64,000 bases of DNA. It comes from an uncultured Bdellovibrionales bacterium. Lineage in GTDB: Bacteria > Myxococcota > XYA12-FULL-58-9 > CAYXVF01. Numbering within the stretch: position 1 is the first letter of the stretch; every line of letters starts with the position of its first letter. Position numbers and translations under genes: made by a program. The DNA is taken from NCBI GenBank assembly GCA_964468125.1, contig CAYXVF010000016.1, forward strand, positions 5,538 through 69,537, written 5' to 3'. Positions 1 through 9,321 of this stretch are shown here, piece after piece. The notes beneath the pieces are model-generated. The model did no database searches, had not been told where the DNA came from, and was given only the letters and a program-made list of their open reading frames with translations.

Positions 1-117
1 TACACGCGCTCGGTCACCACAGGCCCCGGCAAGATGCACCCGTTCCGTAATCTGCCCGACGCCGCCTTTGTCGAGTTGCTGCGGGAATGGATTCTCTCGC
101 TCGAGTGCCCCTGAGCT
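1..117 (+). CDS. 3' end of an upstream gene (partial, product unknown)
   Basis: Open frame runs from the window edge to TGA at 115-117 (...MHPFRNLPDAAFVELLREWILSLECP*). No recognisable motif. Confidence 0.3.
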
Positions 118-1779
118 TTAGTCGCGAAAATGTCGGTAGAGTCCGATGAGGCGAGGCGCACCTCGGGGACCCTGGGCGATGTGGGCCTCCAGCGCCGGCC
201 GGAGGTCATCGTCGCGACGCAGAGCCACGCGCACGATCGTGTATTGGTCCTCGCTCGCCCCGCGCGGAAACCCCTTCACACAGGCCCGCCCGTCGTCGTC
301 GGACGTCGTCGTCGTCTGCCAGTCGAGTGAGCTCCCGTCGTAGGCGAAGGCGGTTGCTTCGATTTCGCCCTTCTCCTCCGTGAGTCGATGGGCGAGCTCG
401 CGGTCCGCAAAGCACAGTCCACGCTCGTCCAGCGTGAAGTGGTCCAAGGGACTCACCTTTGCGAAGGCCCAGCGGGCGAGCTTCTCCGCGCGGCCGCGCA
501 GTGTGTCGACCACGAAGCGGTGCGCCTCGGGGTTCTCGTATTTCGCCATGGTCACCGCTGCGTCGAGGACGTTGCGATCGAGCGCGATCACCTTCTTTGC
601 GGCCCAGAAGCTGTCGAGCGGATCGAGGAAATTCAACGGGACGTAGGGCGCATGGGGGCGCCACTTCTCTTGGCGGTAGTACTCGACGTTGTAGTTTCCG
701 ACCTCTTTGACCGCTTCGATTTCCGCGCCTTCCCAGGGTCGCTTGTACAGCCCAAAGGCGAAGACCGACTTCACGAAGTACTCGAAATCGAAGTAGTGGC
801 GATAGCCTTCGGCGACGCGAGCGTCCAAGACACCGCTCGTACCGAGGGCGCGTCCGAAGTCCACGAGGTAGTGGCGCACATAGTGCTTCTCGCCGTCCTC
901 CACCCACATGTCGAGCGTGTTGTCTTGCTTGAGGTCCGTGTGGAGGAGCCAGCCGAGAAAGATCCCCAGCGCGCGAACTTCCCGTCGATGCTCGTGGGGG
1001 ATGCGATCGTTGGGATCGTCCTCGCGCACTCCTTCCTGCAAGAAACCACCGAGTGGCACGCCACTGACGTAGCGGCTAGCGAGCGCTCGATAGCGCCCGT
1101 CGGGGAGCTGATTCACCTCGCTGAGGGCCAGGTTGATGTTCTCTTCGGTGATCGGCTCTCGGTTTCCAAAGGCGTCTTTGGACGTAGCGCCCTCGCCGAT
1201 GAGGAGCTGCTCGCGAGTGAAATAGACCACTGAGTTCTCAGGTACGTTGTAACCAAGGGCCCAAAGAATTCGCTGTGCTACGACGTCGCTCGCGGTTTCC
1301 ACTACGGGGAAACCCTTTTGGTCGAACTTCATGAGGTAGCGATGGCCCCGCGAGTCCTCGATGACGAATCCAACTGCGGTGCCACCGACCTTTCCGCCAG
1401 TGACGGTCCAAGGGGCGTCGGTCGCGGGGCCTTCCGGGAACTCGTTCGGACCGACGAGCACATCCTCGCGGGTGAGTGTCCGGGCGCCTACGCGGTTGTT
1501 CCACCAGGTAGAGTTTGGCACCTCGTCCATGGAGTTGACGTTCATCGCTCGGCGCTGAGGCTCGAGCGCCATCGCATCGTCGAAGCGGGCGTAGAGCAAC
1601 CGGTCAAAGAAGTAGATCGCCGGCATGAACTCGAGCTCTTCCGGTTTCTCTGGGACATCCTCGCGGTCGTTTACGATCCATACGGGCTCTCGATTCAAGA
1701 ACCGCGCGGGCCCGACCGGGCCTGCGGCGTGGCCGCACGCGACGCTGAAGAGAGCGAGGGTGATAGGCACGAGTTTCAC
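118..1779 (-). CDS. Lipoprotein with eukaryotic-like Ser/Thr protein kinase fold (all catalytic motifs present)
   Basis: 553 aa. Signal peptide with lipobox LALFSVAC|G. Gly-rich loop GGKVGGTAVGFV (aa 128-139), beta3 Lys in RYLMKF, alphaC Glu (ETASDVV), catalytic loop HTDLKQDN (aa 280-287, plus-strand coordinates about 919-942), DFG (LVDFGRALG, coordinates about 853-861). Stop/start overlap ATGA with the upstream barrel gene. Confidence 0.7.
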   Translation of the reverse strand: MKLVPITLALFSVACGHAAGPVGPARFLNREPVWIVNDREDVPEKPEELEFMPAIYFFDRLLYARFDDAMALEPQRRAMNVNSMDEVPNSTWWNNRVGARTLTREDVLVGPNEFPEGPATDAPWTVTGGKVGGTAVGFVIEDSRGHRYLMKFDQKGFPVVETASDVVAQRILWALGYNVPENSVVYFTREQLLIGEGATSKDAFGNREPITEENINLALSEVNQLPDGRYRALASRYVSGVPLGGFLQEGVREDDPNDRIPHEHRREVRALGIFLGWLLHTDLKQDNTLDMWVEDGEKHYVRHYLVDFGRALGTSGVLDARVAEGYRHYFDFEYFVKSVFAFGLYKRPWEGAEIEAVKEVGNYNVEYYRQEKWRPHAPYVPLNFLDPLDSFWAAKKVIALDRNVLDAAVTMAKYENPEAHRFVVDTLRGRAEKLARWAFAKVSPLDHFTLDERGLCFADRELAHRLTEEKGEIEATAFAYDGSSLDWQTTTTSDDDGRACVKGFPRGASEDQYTIVRVALRRDDDLRPALEAHIAQGPRGAPRLIGLYRHFRD

Positions 1780-3218
1780 TGGTTGTCCTCCCGCGTTGTC
1801 GTTTCAAAGGTCGGGTCGAAGCTAAAGGTGAGCTGGAACTCACCGTCGATGCTCGTCCCGACGATCAGGCGTCCGAGAAAACTGTTGATCGTGTTGAACT
1901 GGAACCCGCCGCCGAAAGCGATGCGCGGGGCCTTTGGCCAATCCGCCAACGCGTCCAGGTCCCGGAAGGGAGCGCCCGCGTCCACGAAGAGATAGCCCCG
2001 GATGTTGCGTGAAATCGGGTAGCCGTACTCGACGCTCGCAAGGGCGACGTTTCGCTCGCGAAAGCGGTCTCGCTGATATCCTCGCAGAAAGATCGGGCCT
2101 CCGAGGGCCGGTAGGTCAATGAACGGCACTTCTTCGAGACCGCCGGTGACCCCCTCGACGTAGAGTCGCAGAGTGAGCGTGCGGTCGCCGCGATAGAGGC
2201 TGATGTAGCGCTGAAGGTCGATGCCCCAGCGTCCGTGAGCCGATCGGTCTTCTTCGACGAGGCCTGCTTGGTAGGCGATGAAGCCATTCAAGAGATACCC
2301 GGTAGAGGGTGACGCGGAAGAGTGGTAGCGCGCGTAGCGTTTGCGCCGGTCGTAGGTCAGGCTCGCTTCCGTGTAGAGGTTGGAGAGTCCGTCGACCAAA
2401 CCGACGAGGCGGTTGGGATCGTAGACGTCGAAGATGCGCGAATCGTCGCCAAAACGAATCTCCCGCTCGAAGTCGCGCAGGCGATAGAGGCTCGAAACCA
2501 ACAGGGTCAACGAGTCGCTGAAGGTGAATCGCGCGCCGACGCCGGTGGTCAAGCTGTCGTGGCTATAGCGGGTCGCGACGGCCGTGTCGTCAGTGATCGG
2601 GTCGATGAGATTGCCGTCGAGCGACTCCACATCGACCTGGTCTCCGTTGCCGAGGCCGAAGAACCGTGCGTTCGGCAGCTCTCTAAACTGCAAGAAAGCC
2701 CCCACGCTGATGTGGTCGCTGAAGGCTTTGCCGGAGTCGATGAGCGCCGAGTAGTTTTGGAGAAACTCGCCACCGTAGCTCGCGCGAAGGGTCAGATTCG
2801 CATCGGTGCCTTCGATGTCCTTCCACTTGAAGGACAGTCCGCCGGTGACCCCCAAACCGGACTGATAGCTCGCCGTCGGTAAGAGCCCCCGGGTCAGATC
2901 CTCGCTGAAAAAGACCGCCTGATAACGCTCTTTGAGCTGCCAGCGATTGAATGCGTAGGCCAGGCCGCGCAAGGGGGCCAGCGCCACCCACCAGACGCCG
3001 CGGACCGGATAGAGCGCCACGCGCGCGGTTTTTCGCCCGGCCCCCTCTTCGGGCTCGACCTCTTCCTCGAGGCCGGAGGCGCTCGTCTCGAGGGGAGCGT
3101 CCTCCGCGGCCAGCGGAGGCGTCTCCGGGGGCGCGTTCACCGGGCGCTCGTCCTCGGCAGCTTCGGCGCTCGGCGGGAGGGCCAGGGCGGCAAGAAGGAT
3201 GACGAGGCCAAATCGCAT
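1776..3218 (-). CDS. Outer-membrane beta-barrel, Omp85/Bac_surface_Ag-like C-terminus, no POTRA domain
   Basis: Signal peptide MRFGLVILLAALALPPSAEA|A at ATG 3218. Alternating beta-strand pattern. C-terminal ...GGGFQFNTINSFLGRLIVGTSIDGEFQLTFSFDPTF resembles the Omp85 family barrel end. Translationally coupled (ATGA) to the kinase-like lipoprotein gene. Confidence 0.55.
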   Translation of the reverse strand: MRFGLVILLAALALPPSAEAAEDERPVNAPPETPPLAAEDAPLETSASGLEEEVEPEEGAGRKTARVALYPVRGVWWVALAPLRGLAYAFNRWQLKERYQAVFFSEDLTRGLLPTASYQSGLGVTGGLSFKWKDIEGTDANLTLRASYGGEFLQNYSALIDSGKAFSDHISVGAFLQFRELPNARFFGLGNGDQVDVESLDGNLIDPITDDTAVATRYSHDSLTTGVGARFTFSDSLTLLVSSLYRLRDFEREIRFGDDSRIFDVYDPNRLVGLVDGLSNLYTEASLTYDRRKRYARYHSSASPSTGYLLNGFIAYQAGLVEEDRSAHGRWGIDLQRYISLYRGDRTLTLRLYVEGVTGGLEEVPFIDLPALGGPIFLRGYQRDRFRERNVALASVEYGYPISRNIRGYLFVDAGAPFRDLDALADWPKAPRIAFGGGFQFNTINSFLGRLIVGTSIDGEFQLTFSFDPTFETTTREDNQ

Positions 3219-3299
3219 GGAGCTCTGCCCGGGTTGAGTTCGTTTTCGAGGCACAGACCGTGAGCGTAACCCAAGTGCGAACGGTCCCCAAAAACGCCG

Positions 3300-4874
3300 G
3301 TGCATGGGCTCAAACGTGCGCTCCCCGGCGCGATCCGCGATAGTGGCAGCAGGCGGGTCCCTCTTCCGGGCCCCGCCATCGTCGTGATGCTCGAAACGCT
3401 CTTCCTTCTCTCGCTTCTGGCCGAGCCGGTCTCCTTCGAGACCGCGGGTGTCGTTTCGGTGCCGGTCTATGAGTTTGTTCTAAACCGGGAGGTCGGGCGC
3501 GATTGGCGAGACGCGCCCGATGAGCGACTGAAGGTGGCCCTCGAGACGTTCCTGCAGCAGACCGGCTATTCCCTCGCCTCGGTGAAGATCGAGCGCGTCG
3601 ATGACACGCGGGTGATCGCGATCGACGAAGGGCTGCTCGACGGGATCGTCTTTCCGCTCCAGAGCGGTCTTCGTGCCTTTGCCGCCCGCGCGCTCATCAA
3701 CCTGCCTCAGCAGGTCTATAACGAGCACCTGATCGCTCGCGAGCTCGAGCGTCTCGAAGAGGTGTTGGGGGTCGAGGTTCTCAGCACGGAGATTGTGCCG
3801 GTGAGTGGCGCGAAGGAGGTCGGCTGGCTCGAAACGCGGGACGAGACCCTCATGTCGCTCGTTCCCGGCGGCGACTTCGGGGATTTTCAGCTGCGCATCA
3901 TGATCAAAGACACGGGCTTCACGCGCGGACCTCGGCTTCGGGTGGACGCGGAGGCGCCGGATGGTCTCGTCACGACCTTGCTCTACCGCACGGACCCCGT
4001 CTTCGCTTCCGACGACGCATTCGAGATCGGGGTCAATCTTGGGCTTCGGAGGTCGTCGGAGCCTTCCGGGCGCTTTTCCCGCGGAGGGGCCACCCTCAAG
4101 TGGTACTCGCGCACCCTCGGCGATTCTGGCCTACGTCTGCGCGCGGGTGGCGAGTGGCGCGTGATTCAGCGCGGGAGGCCCGATCTCGACATCGATCGCT
4201 ACTTCTTCTACGAACTACGCCCAAACATCGGTGTGGAGCTCGACATCACGCGCACCTTCGAGCTCGAAGCGCAGATAGGCGTTCAGCAACGCAACCTCTT
4301 GGAGCTCGACGCCGGTGAGAACGCCGGGGATTTCGTCACTCCCACCGAGGAGCTGCGTCCCTACGCGGCGCTCGAGGGCGAGCTGATTCTAGGCTCCCTC
4401 AGTCGTCGCGCTCCCTTCCGCCACGAGATCGACTTCGAGCTCGAATACTACTTTGGAGAGCAGTCACTCGTGACCGGCCTCATCGAATACGAGAAGGCCT
4501 TCGCCATCGGCTGGGATGCGATATTCCTCGAGGTCTCCGCGAGCTTCGCTCAGCTCGAACCGGCGATCAACGAGGAGCGACGGGTTTCAGACCTTCTGCT
4601 CGGAGTCTTTGGCGACAACTTGTACAGTGCCACTCAGTACGGCGTGCAGGCTGAGTACCGAATTGCATTCGCTCGCGATCGGATCGCGGTGGGGCCGGTC
4701 GCTAATGGCGTGGTGTACTTCAACGACGGACCGAAGACCGCCGCCGCAACGGGGTTGGGACTCCACGGGCGGTTACTCGACAACTTCGCCGTCAGCCTCT
4801 ACGGAGCCGTCGGCTGGACCAAAGGCTTCGAGCCCAACTTTGGTCTGTCCTTGGGAATCGAGCAGATCTTCTAA
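3300..4874 (+). CDS. Omp85-family outer-membrane protein with N-terminal POTRA-like domain
   Basis: 524 aa. N-terminal segment (LKVALETFLQQTGYSLASVKIERVDDTRVIAIDEGLLDGIVF) is POTRA-like. Long beta-barrel region ending GLSLGIEQIF (C-terminal Phe). Divergent from the barrel/kinase operon. Alternative start ATG 3387. Confidence 0.6.
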   Translation: MHGLKRALPGAIRDSGSRRVPLPGPAIVVMLETLFLLSLLAEPVSFETAGVVSVPVYEFVLNREVGRDWRDAPDERLKVALETFLQQTGYSLASVKIERVDDTRVIAIDEGLLDGIVFPLQSGLRAFAARALINLPQQVYNEHLIARELERLEEVLGVEVLSTEIVPVSGAKEVGWLETRDETLMSLVPGGDFGDFQLRIMIKDTGFTRGPRLRVDAEAPDGLVTTLLYRTDPVFASDDAFEIGVNLGLRRSSEPSGRFSRGGATLKWYSRTLGDSGLRLRAGGEWRVIQRGRPDLDIDRYFFYELRPNIGVELDITRTFELEAQIGVQQRNLLELDAGENAGDFVTPTEELRPYAALEGELILGSLSRRAPFRHEIDFELEYYFGEQSLVTGLIEYEKAFAIGWDAIFLEVSASFAQLEPAINEERRVSDLLLGVFGDNLYSATQYGVQAEYRIAFARDRIAVGPVANGVVYFNDGPKTAAATGLGLHGRLLDNFAVSLYGAVGWTKGFEPNFGLSLGIEQIF

Positions 4875-4917
4875 CAGGCGCTTTGACCCCTTCGCGCTGG
4901 CCGTGTAGAGGCGGCGC

Positions 4918-5973
4918 ATGAGCGACAACCCCCTCGGAAAGATCGACCGAACTGTCTTCGACGGCAGCATTCGCCAACGCCTCGGCCATCCGGACCCCGC
5001 CGTTCTGATCGGCCCGCAACATGGGGTCGATTCGGCGATTCTCGACATGGGTGAGGAGGTGATCGCGATCACCACCGACCCCTTCTTCATCGTGCCCGAC
5101 TACGGATGGCAAAGGGCCGGCTGGTTTGCGGTTCACATTCTCGCCTCGGACGTCTCCACCTCTGGCCTGGCGCCGCGCTTTCTCTCCGTGGACCTGAATC
5201 TGCCGCCGAGCATGAGCAACGAGGACCTCGACGAAATGTGGTCCGCGGTACACGAGGCCTGTGAGAAACTGAAAGTCAGTATCGTCACCGGTCACACCGG
5301 TCGCTACGAAGGCTGCTCCTTTCCCATGGTGGGGGGCGCGACGATGCTCGCGCGGGGTCCCCACGACAAATACGTTTCGACGACGATGGCCAAGCCCGGT
5401 GACATCGTGATCGTGACCAAGGGCCCGGCGATCGAAGCCACTGCGTTGATGGCGGTGACCTTCCCGGCGCTCGTGGAACAGCGCGTGGGGTCTGAGCTTG
5501 CAGACGCCGCGCAGGAGCTCTTCTGGCAGATGACGACGGTGCACGACGCGATGACGGCTGTTTCCGTTGGGGTTCGAGACGACGGCGTGACGGCGATGCA
5601 CGACGCGACGGAAGGGGGGATCCTCGGTGGTCTGTGCGAGATCGCTGAGGCGTCAGGGGTCGGCATGAGCATCGACGAGTCCGCGATTCCCGTGCGGCCG
5701 GAGGTAGAAGCCGTCTGCAATGCCTTTGACATGGGGACGCTCGCGTCGATCTCCGAGGGCACGCTGTTGTTGACGGCGACAGCAAGCAAGGCGCCAGATG
5801 TGCTCGCTGCTTTGCGAGATGCAGGGATCGACGCGGCCGCGGTCGGCGAGTGTACGGAAGATCCGAGCGAGCGCTCGATCTTTGGTGAGAAGGGCGAACA
5901 GCCTCTGGTGCCCCCCGATTTCGACCCGTTCTGGCCCGCGTTCGCCAAGGCAGCGGAGACCGCCAAGGGGTGA
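4918..5973 (+). CDS. PurM-like (AIR synthase-related) protein, candidate thiamine-monophosphate kinase
   Basis: 351 aa. PurM-superfamily pattern (VDSAILDMGEEVIAITTDP...; ILASDVSTSGLAP). Stop overlaps the thiE start (ATGA/GTGA type). thiL assignment is inferred from context. Confidence 0.55.
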   Translation: MSDNPLGKIDRTVFDGSIRQRLGHPDPAVLIGPQHGVDSAILDMGEEVIAITTDPFFIVPDYGWQRAGWFAVHILASDVSTSGLAPRFLSVDLNLPPSMSNEDLDEMWSAVHEACEKLKVSIVTGHTGRYEGCSFPMVGGATMLARGPHDKYVSTTMAKPGDIVIVTKGPAIEATALMAVTFPALVEQRVGSELADAAQELFWQMTTVHDAMTAVSVGVRDDGVTAMHDATEGGILGGLCEIAEASGVGMSIDESAIPVRPEVEAVCNAFDMGTLASISEGTLLLTATASKAPDVLAALRDAGIDAAAVGECTEDPSERSIFGEKGEQPLVPPDFDPFWPAFAKAAETAKG

Positions 5974-6656
5974 GCGCGCTCGTTCCCGTGACCCGAGCGG
6001 CCTTGCGGGTCTATCTCGTCCTCGACCTCGAGCGCGCGGGCGACCGCGCCGTGTGGCTCGCTGAAGAAGCGCTGGCCGCCGGGATCACCTGCCTGCAGCT
6101 TCGCGACAAACGAGGAACGATGAGTGAGGTGGAGCGAGTCGCAGCCGCGCTGCGTGGCAAGTTGCGTTCCGCCCGAGTGCCATTGATCGTCAACGACCGT
6201 CTCGATGTCGCGCTTGGTGTCGAGGCCGACGGAGTGCACCTCGGTCAGGGAGACGAACCGGTAGCGAGCGTGCTCGCTCGCGCGGCGGCGGCCGGGGCCC
6301 CCGGTTTTCCCATCGGTGTCAGCGTCACGACGGCGCAGGAGGGACGGGCAGCCCTAGACGCCGGAGCATCTCATCTCAGCGTCTCGCCGGTGTATGGCAC
6401 GGGGAGCAAGCCCGACGCGCCGAAGCCCGCCGGCCTCGGCGGAGTCCGTGAGTTGCGGAGGGCCTTTGCGGACACGCCGATCGTCGCGATCGGTGGAATA
6501 AAGCCGGGGAATGCAGCGGAGATCATCGCAAGCGGTGCCGACGGGGTTGCCTTCGTGTCCCTGGTGACAGACAGTGGCTCGCCTGCTCCAGCGGTACGAG
6601 CGATGACGGTCGCCGTCGCCGAGGGCCTCGAGCGGCGGAAGGGGAGGGCGGGATGA
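5970..6656 (+). CDS. thiE: Thiamine-phosphate synthase
   Basis: 228 aa. TMP-synthase motifs (LQLRDKRG..., VPLIVNDRLDVA..., ADGVHLGQGD, IVAIGGIKPGNAAE). Confidence 0.85.
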   Translation: MSALVPVTRAALRVYLVLDLERAGDRAVWLAEEALAAGITCLQLRDKRGTMSEVERVAAALRGKLRSARVPLIVNDRLDVALGVEADGVHLGQGDEPVASVLARAAAAGAPGFPIGVSVTTAQEGRAALDAGASHLSVSPVYGTGSKPDAPKPAGLGGVRELRRAFADTPIVAIGGIKPGNAAEIIASGADGVAFVSLVTDSGSPAPAVRAMTVAVAEGLERRKGRAG

Positions 6657-7420
6657 GACCTGTCGTGATGACCGTTGCCGGGAGCGATAGCGGCGGTGGA
6701 GCGGGGATCCAAGCGGACCTGCGCGCGATCGGCGCCAACGGGGGCTTCGGCACCACGGTCCTCACCGCCGTGACCGCTCAGAATCTCGAGGGGGTGCGTG
6801 ACGTGCACGGCATGCCCGTGGACCACGTGCGTGCACAGCTCGCCGCGGTGATGGGCGGCTTTCCGGTTGCCGCGGCAAAGACCGGGATGCTCTGGTCCGG
6901 TGAAACGATCGCGGTGGTCGTGCGCGCGGTGGAACGCTCCCGCTTCCCCTGGGTGGTCGACCCGGTGATGGTCGCGAGCAGCGGAGCGAAGCTGCTCCAA
7001 GACGACGCGATCGAGCGTTATCGCACGGAGCTCATTCCCCTCGCGGCCCTCGTGACGCCAAATCTCGACGAAGCGGCGGTGCTGATGGGGCGGACGCGGA
7101 TCGCGGACGACGAGCATGAGGATGTGGCGCTGCACCTGGCGCGCGAGCACCGGGTCCCGTTCCTCGTGAAAGGAGGCCATCGCGAAGGTGCTCTCGTCGA
7201 CGTTTTGGCACTCGACGGGCAGCTGCATCGTTTCCCTGCGACACGGCGCTCGCTCAACACGCACGGCAGCGGCTGCTCACTCTCCGCTGCGATCGCCACG
7301 CGACTCGCCACGGGCGATGGGGTGCGCGAGGCGGTGGAGGCGGGGCTCGCCTACCTCGCCGCGGCGGCAGCCAAACCGCATCAGATCAGTGAAGATACGC
7401 GGCTCCTGGGGTTGGAGTAG
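6653..7420 (+). CDS. thiD: Hydroxymethylpyrimidine/phosphomethylpyrimidine kinase
   Basis: 255 aa. MTVAGSDSGGGAGIQADL... N-terminus and ribokinase-like pattern typical of ThiD. Overlaps the thiE stop. Confidence 0.85.
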   Translation: MRPVVMTVAGSDSGGGAGIQADLRAIGANGGFGTTVLTAVTAQNLEGVRDVHGMPVDHVRAQLAAVMGGFPVAAAKTGMLWSGETIAVVVRAVERSRFPWVVDPVMVASSGAKLLQDDAIERYRTELIPLAALVTPNLDEAAVLMGRTRIADDEHEDVALHLAREHRVPFLVKGGHREGALVDVLALDGQLHRFPATRRSLNTHGSGCSLSAAIATRLATGDGVREAVEAGLAYLAAAAAKPHQISEDTRLLGLE

Positions 7421-7739
7421 CGCCGCCCGCCCGCGAGGCCGGGTGCGCATTTGTCTCACATTGTCGCTATTTCCGTCGGTTACTTCGATCCTGCAACCGA
7501 TGATCGCTTTGGGGGGTATGTCCCATTGAAAGCGAAACTGCCGGTCACCCCTTCTCAGTTTGGCCGGCGATCACTCATCCAGGGCACAAGGCGGCTCAAT
7601 CGCCCCGGGTGAGGGATGTCTCTAGGACGGGGGGAGTCTCTGAGTGGTTCAGGGGCTCCCCCTGCCCAATCTCCCTCCGAGCGGTTTACGGGCGCGGAAG
7701 CGCTTTGATAAAGCGTCACTCCTCGTAGAGGAGGATGGG

Positions 7740-8573
7740 ATGCGCAGTGCAGCGATCGCGTTGGCGGTCGTGGCCGCTTTGTTCGGCTGCGATGCGACGG
7801 AGTACCAGGGGCGGCCATTGAGCTCCTGGTTGAGCGAGCTCGACGACGAGCACGACTACAAGCGCCGAAACGCGCTGCTCGCGGTGACCGGGATCGCGCG
7901 AGAAGGCAAGCCCAAGCCGCGAGCCTTCATCGACGCGCTGCCGAAGGTGGCCGCTCTGCTCGACGATCCGAACCCGGGCGTTCAGGAGTATGCGCGCGAC
8001 GCTCTCGTGGCGGTGGATGGACCCGCACGCGACCTCCTTTTCCGGGCGATGGACCGACCGAAAGCCAATCTCCGGTTCCACGGTGCGGTCGGCGTGCTCG
8101 CCCTCGAGCGGGAGAACGAAAGCGCCATGCGCGTGCTCCTCCAGACCCTGACCATGCACGGTGCACCGGAGCTCGCCGCGGAGGCGCAAGCGGCGCTGGT
8201 TGCCCTGGGGGCGCCGGCTGTCGAGCCACTCATCGACGCGCTCGACGAGCGCGACCGTACAACCCAGCTGCTCGCGGTGCAGACCCTAGGCAAGATGGAA
8301 GGCGCTGCCCGGGACGCGGTGCCCACCTTGCACGCGATTGCGCGCACGGATTTGGACGAAGAGCTGCGCGTGGCGGCTCTCTTCGCCATCGCGCGGATCG
8401 CGAGCCCGGAGCAGGGCATCGCGATTTTTGAAGAGCTTCGTCGCTCGGCGCCCGAGCGTGTTGCGAGCCAAGCCGCCGTGATGCTGCGTCGCTTCGAGAA
8501 TCGAGAGGCACCCACCGTTCAGCAGGCCGCAGACGCTGCCGCCGCTGCGACACGCGAAGCGCGCGAGGATTGA
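7740..8573 (+). CDS. HEAT/PBS-lyase-repeat lipoprotein
   Basis: GGAGGA ribosome-binding site then ATG 7740. Signal peptide MRSAAIALAVVAALFGC (lipobox). Repeated alpha-helical units rich in Asp/Ala/Leu (LLDDPNPGVQEYARDALVAV...). Confidence 0.6.
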   Translation: MRSAAIALAVVAALFGCDATEYQGRPLSSWLSELDDEHDYKRRNALLAVTGIAREGKPKPRAFIDALPKVAALLDDPNPGVQEYARDALVAVDGPARDLLFRAMDRPKANLRFHGAVGVLALERENESAMRVLLQTLTMHGAPELAAEAQAALVALGAPAVEPLIDALDERDRTTQLLAVQTLGKMEGAARDAVPTLHAIARTDLDEELRVAALFAIARIASPEQGIAIFEELRRSAPERVASQAAVMLRRFENREAPTVQQAADAAAAATREARED

Positions 8574-8609
8574 CCCACGACGTATGACCCTGAGCGTCCT
8601 CTCGCGGCC

Positions 8610-9062
8610 ATGCAAATCGACGAGCTCGACCAAGTTCTATCGCTCCTGCAGCATCGGCTCGCCGTCGCATCCCGGGAGGAACGGTTCAATTACGTGCTCG
8701 TCTTCGAGAACCGCGGACCTGAAGCGGGCGCGTCACGGCATCATCCGCACCTGCAGCTCTACGGGATGCAAGTGGTACCGCCGGGAGTAGAGGACCTTCG
8801 GAATCGCGCGCGCCGCCACTGGGAGATCCGGGAGATCGGCGACGTTCTCGTGGCCGAGCTCGACCAGGGTGAGCGCCCTACAACCTCCTGCTTCACACCG
8901 CCTTCGAGCGCGATGCACTTGAGCGGGACAGCTTTCGATGGCACGTCGAGATCTTGCCGCGATTGATCACGCGAGCGGGGCTCGAGTGGACCGGGCAGCT
9001 CTATTTGAATCCTACGGCCCGGGAGGCTGCCGCCGTCGATCTTCGCGCGGCCGCGACCGCTT
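8610..9062 (+). pseudogene. Remnant of a HIT-superfamily GalT-like nucleotidyltransferase gene (5'-truncated and frameshifted)
   Basis: Frame A (8610-8966) carries FNYVLVFENRG...RHHPHLQLYG, which resembles the GalT HPHGQ active-site motif. After TGA at about 8871-8873 the -1 frame continues APYNLLLHTAFERDALERDSFRWHVEILPRLITRAGLEWTGQLYLNPTAREAAAVDLR, a typical GalT-like C-terminus. Only about 25 aa precede the FEN motif, so the N-terminal Zn/His half is missing. Confidence 0.5.
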
Positions 9063-9321
9063 AGCACTAGGCACCTCGGGGTGCTCGTAATCGAAGTCAA
9101 TGCCCCGATATCAATGCGCTTTTTTTGCGGGGAAATCGCGCCCCCCCCCTTTTCAGCGAGGGCCCGAGTGATCTATATCCACGAACCGCGGTGGGTGAGG
9201 GACCCCGAGGTCGCCTCCCCACCGGTGGTGGTTTGGGTTTAACACGCAGTTCCGAAGCACCGGGTCCGGTCGCGTGGAGCACCCCGTGGCGCGCGCTCGG
9301 TGCGGGAGCTCGAGGAGCACC

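Noticed and set aside
206-907. Long antisense or alternative-frame ORFs throughout the window (for example 206-907, 388-1233, 5304-6239, 6371-7264, 10994-12472, 16618-17895, 18107-19237, 23462-25033, 24234-25727, 37031-38134, 40391-41617, 42043-43491, 53374-54534, 54757-55836, 55622-56776, 56965-58389, 62432-63469)
   Set aside because: Their translations are Arg/Pro/Ala/Gly-rich low-complexity strings typical of wrong frames in about 70% GC DNA. Each overlaps a gene with clear family motifs on the other strand or frame.
7621-7665. Imperfect stem-loop ggggagtctctgagtggttcaggggctcccc between thiD and the HEAT-lipoprotein gene
   Set aside because: It is about 200 nt downstream of the thiD stop, has no U-tract, and sits in the promoter region of the next gene. 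Cannot be assigned as terminator or regulator from sequence alone.
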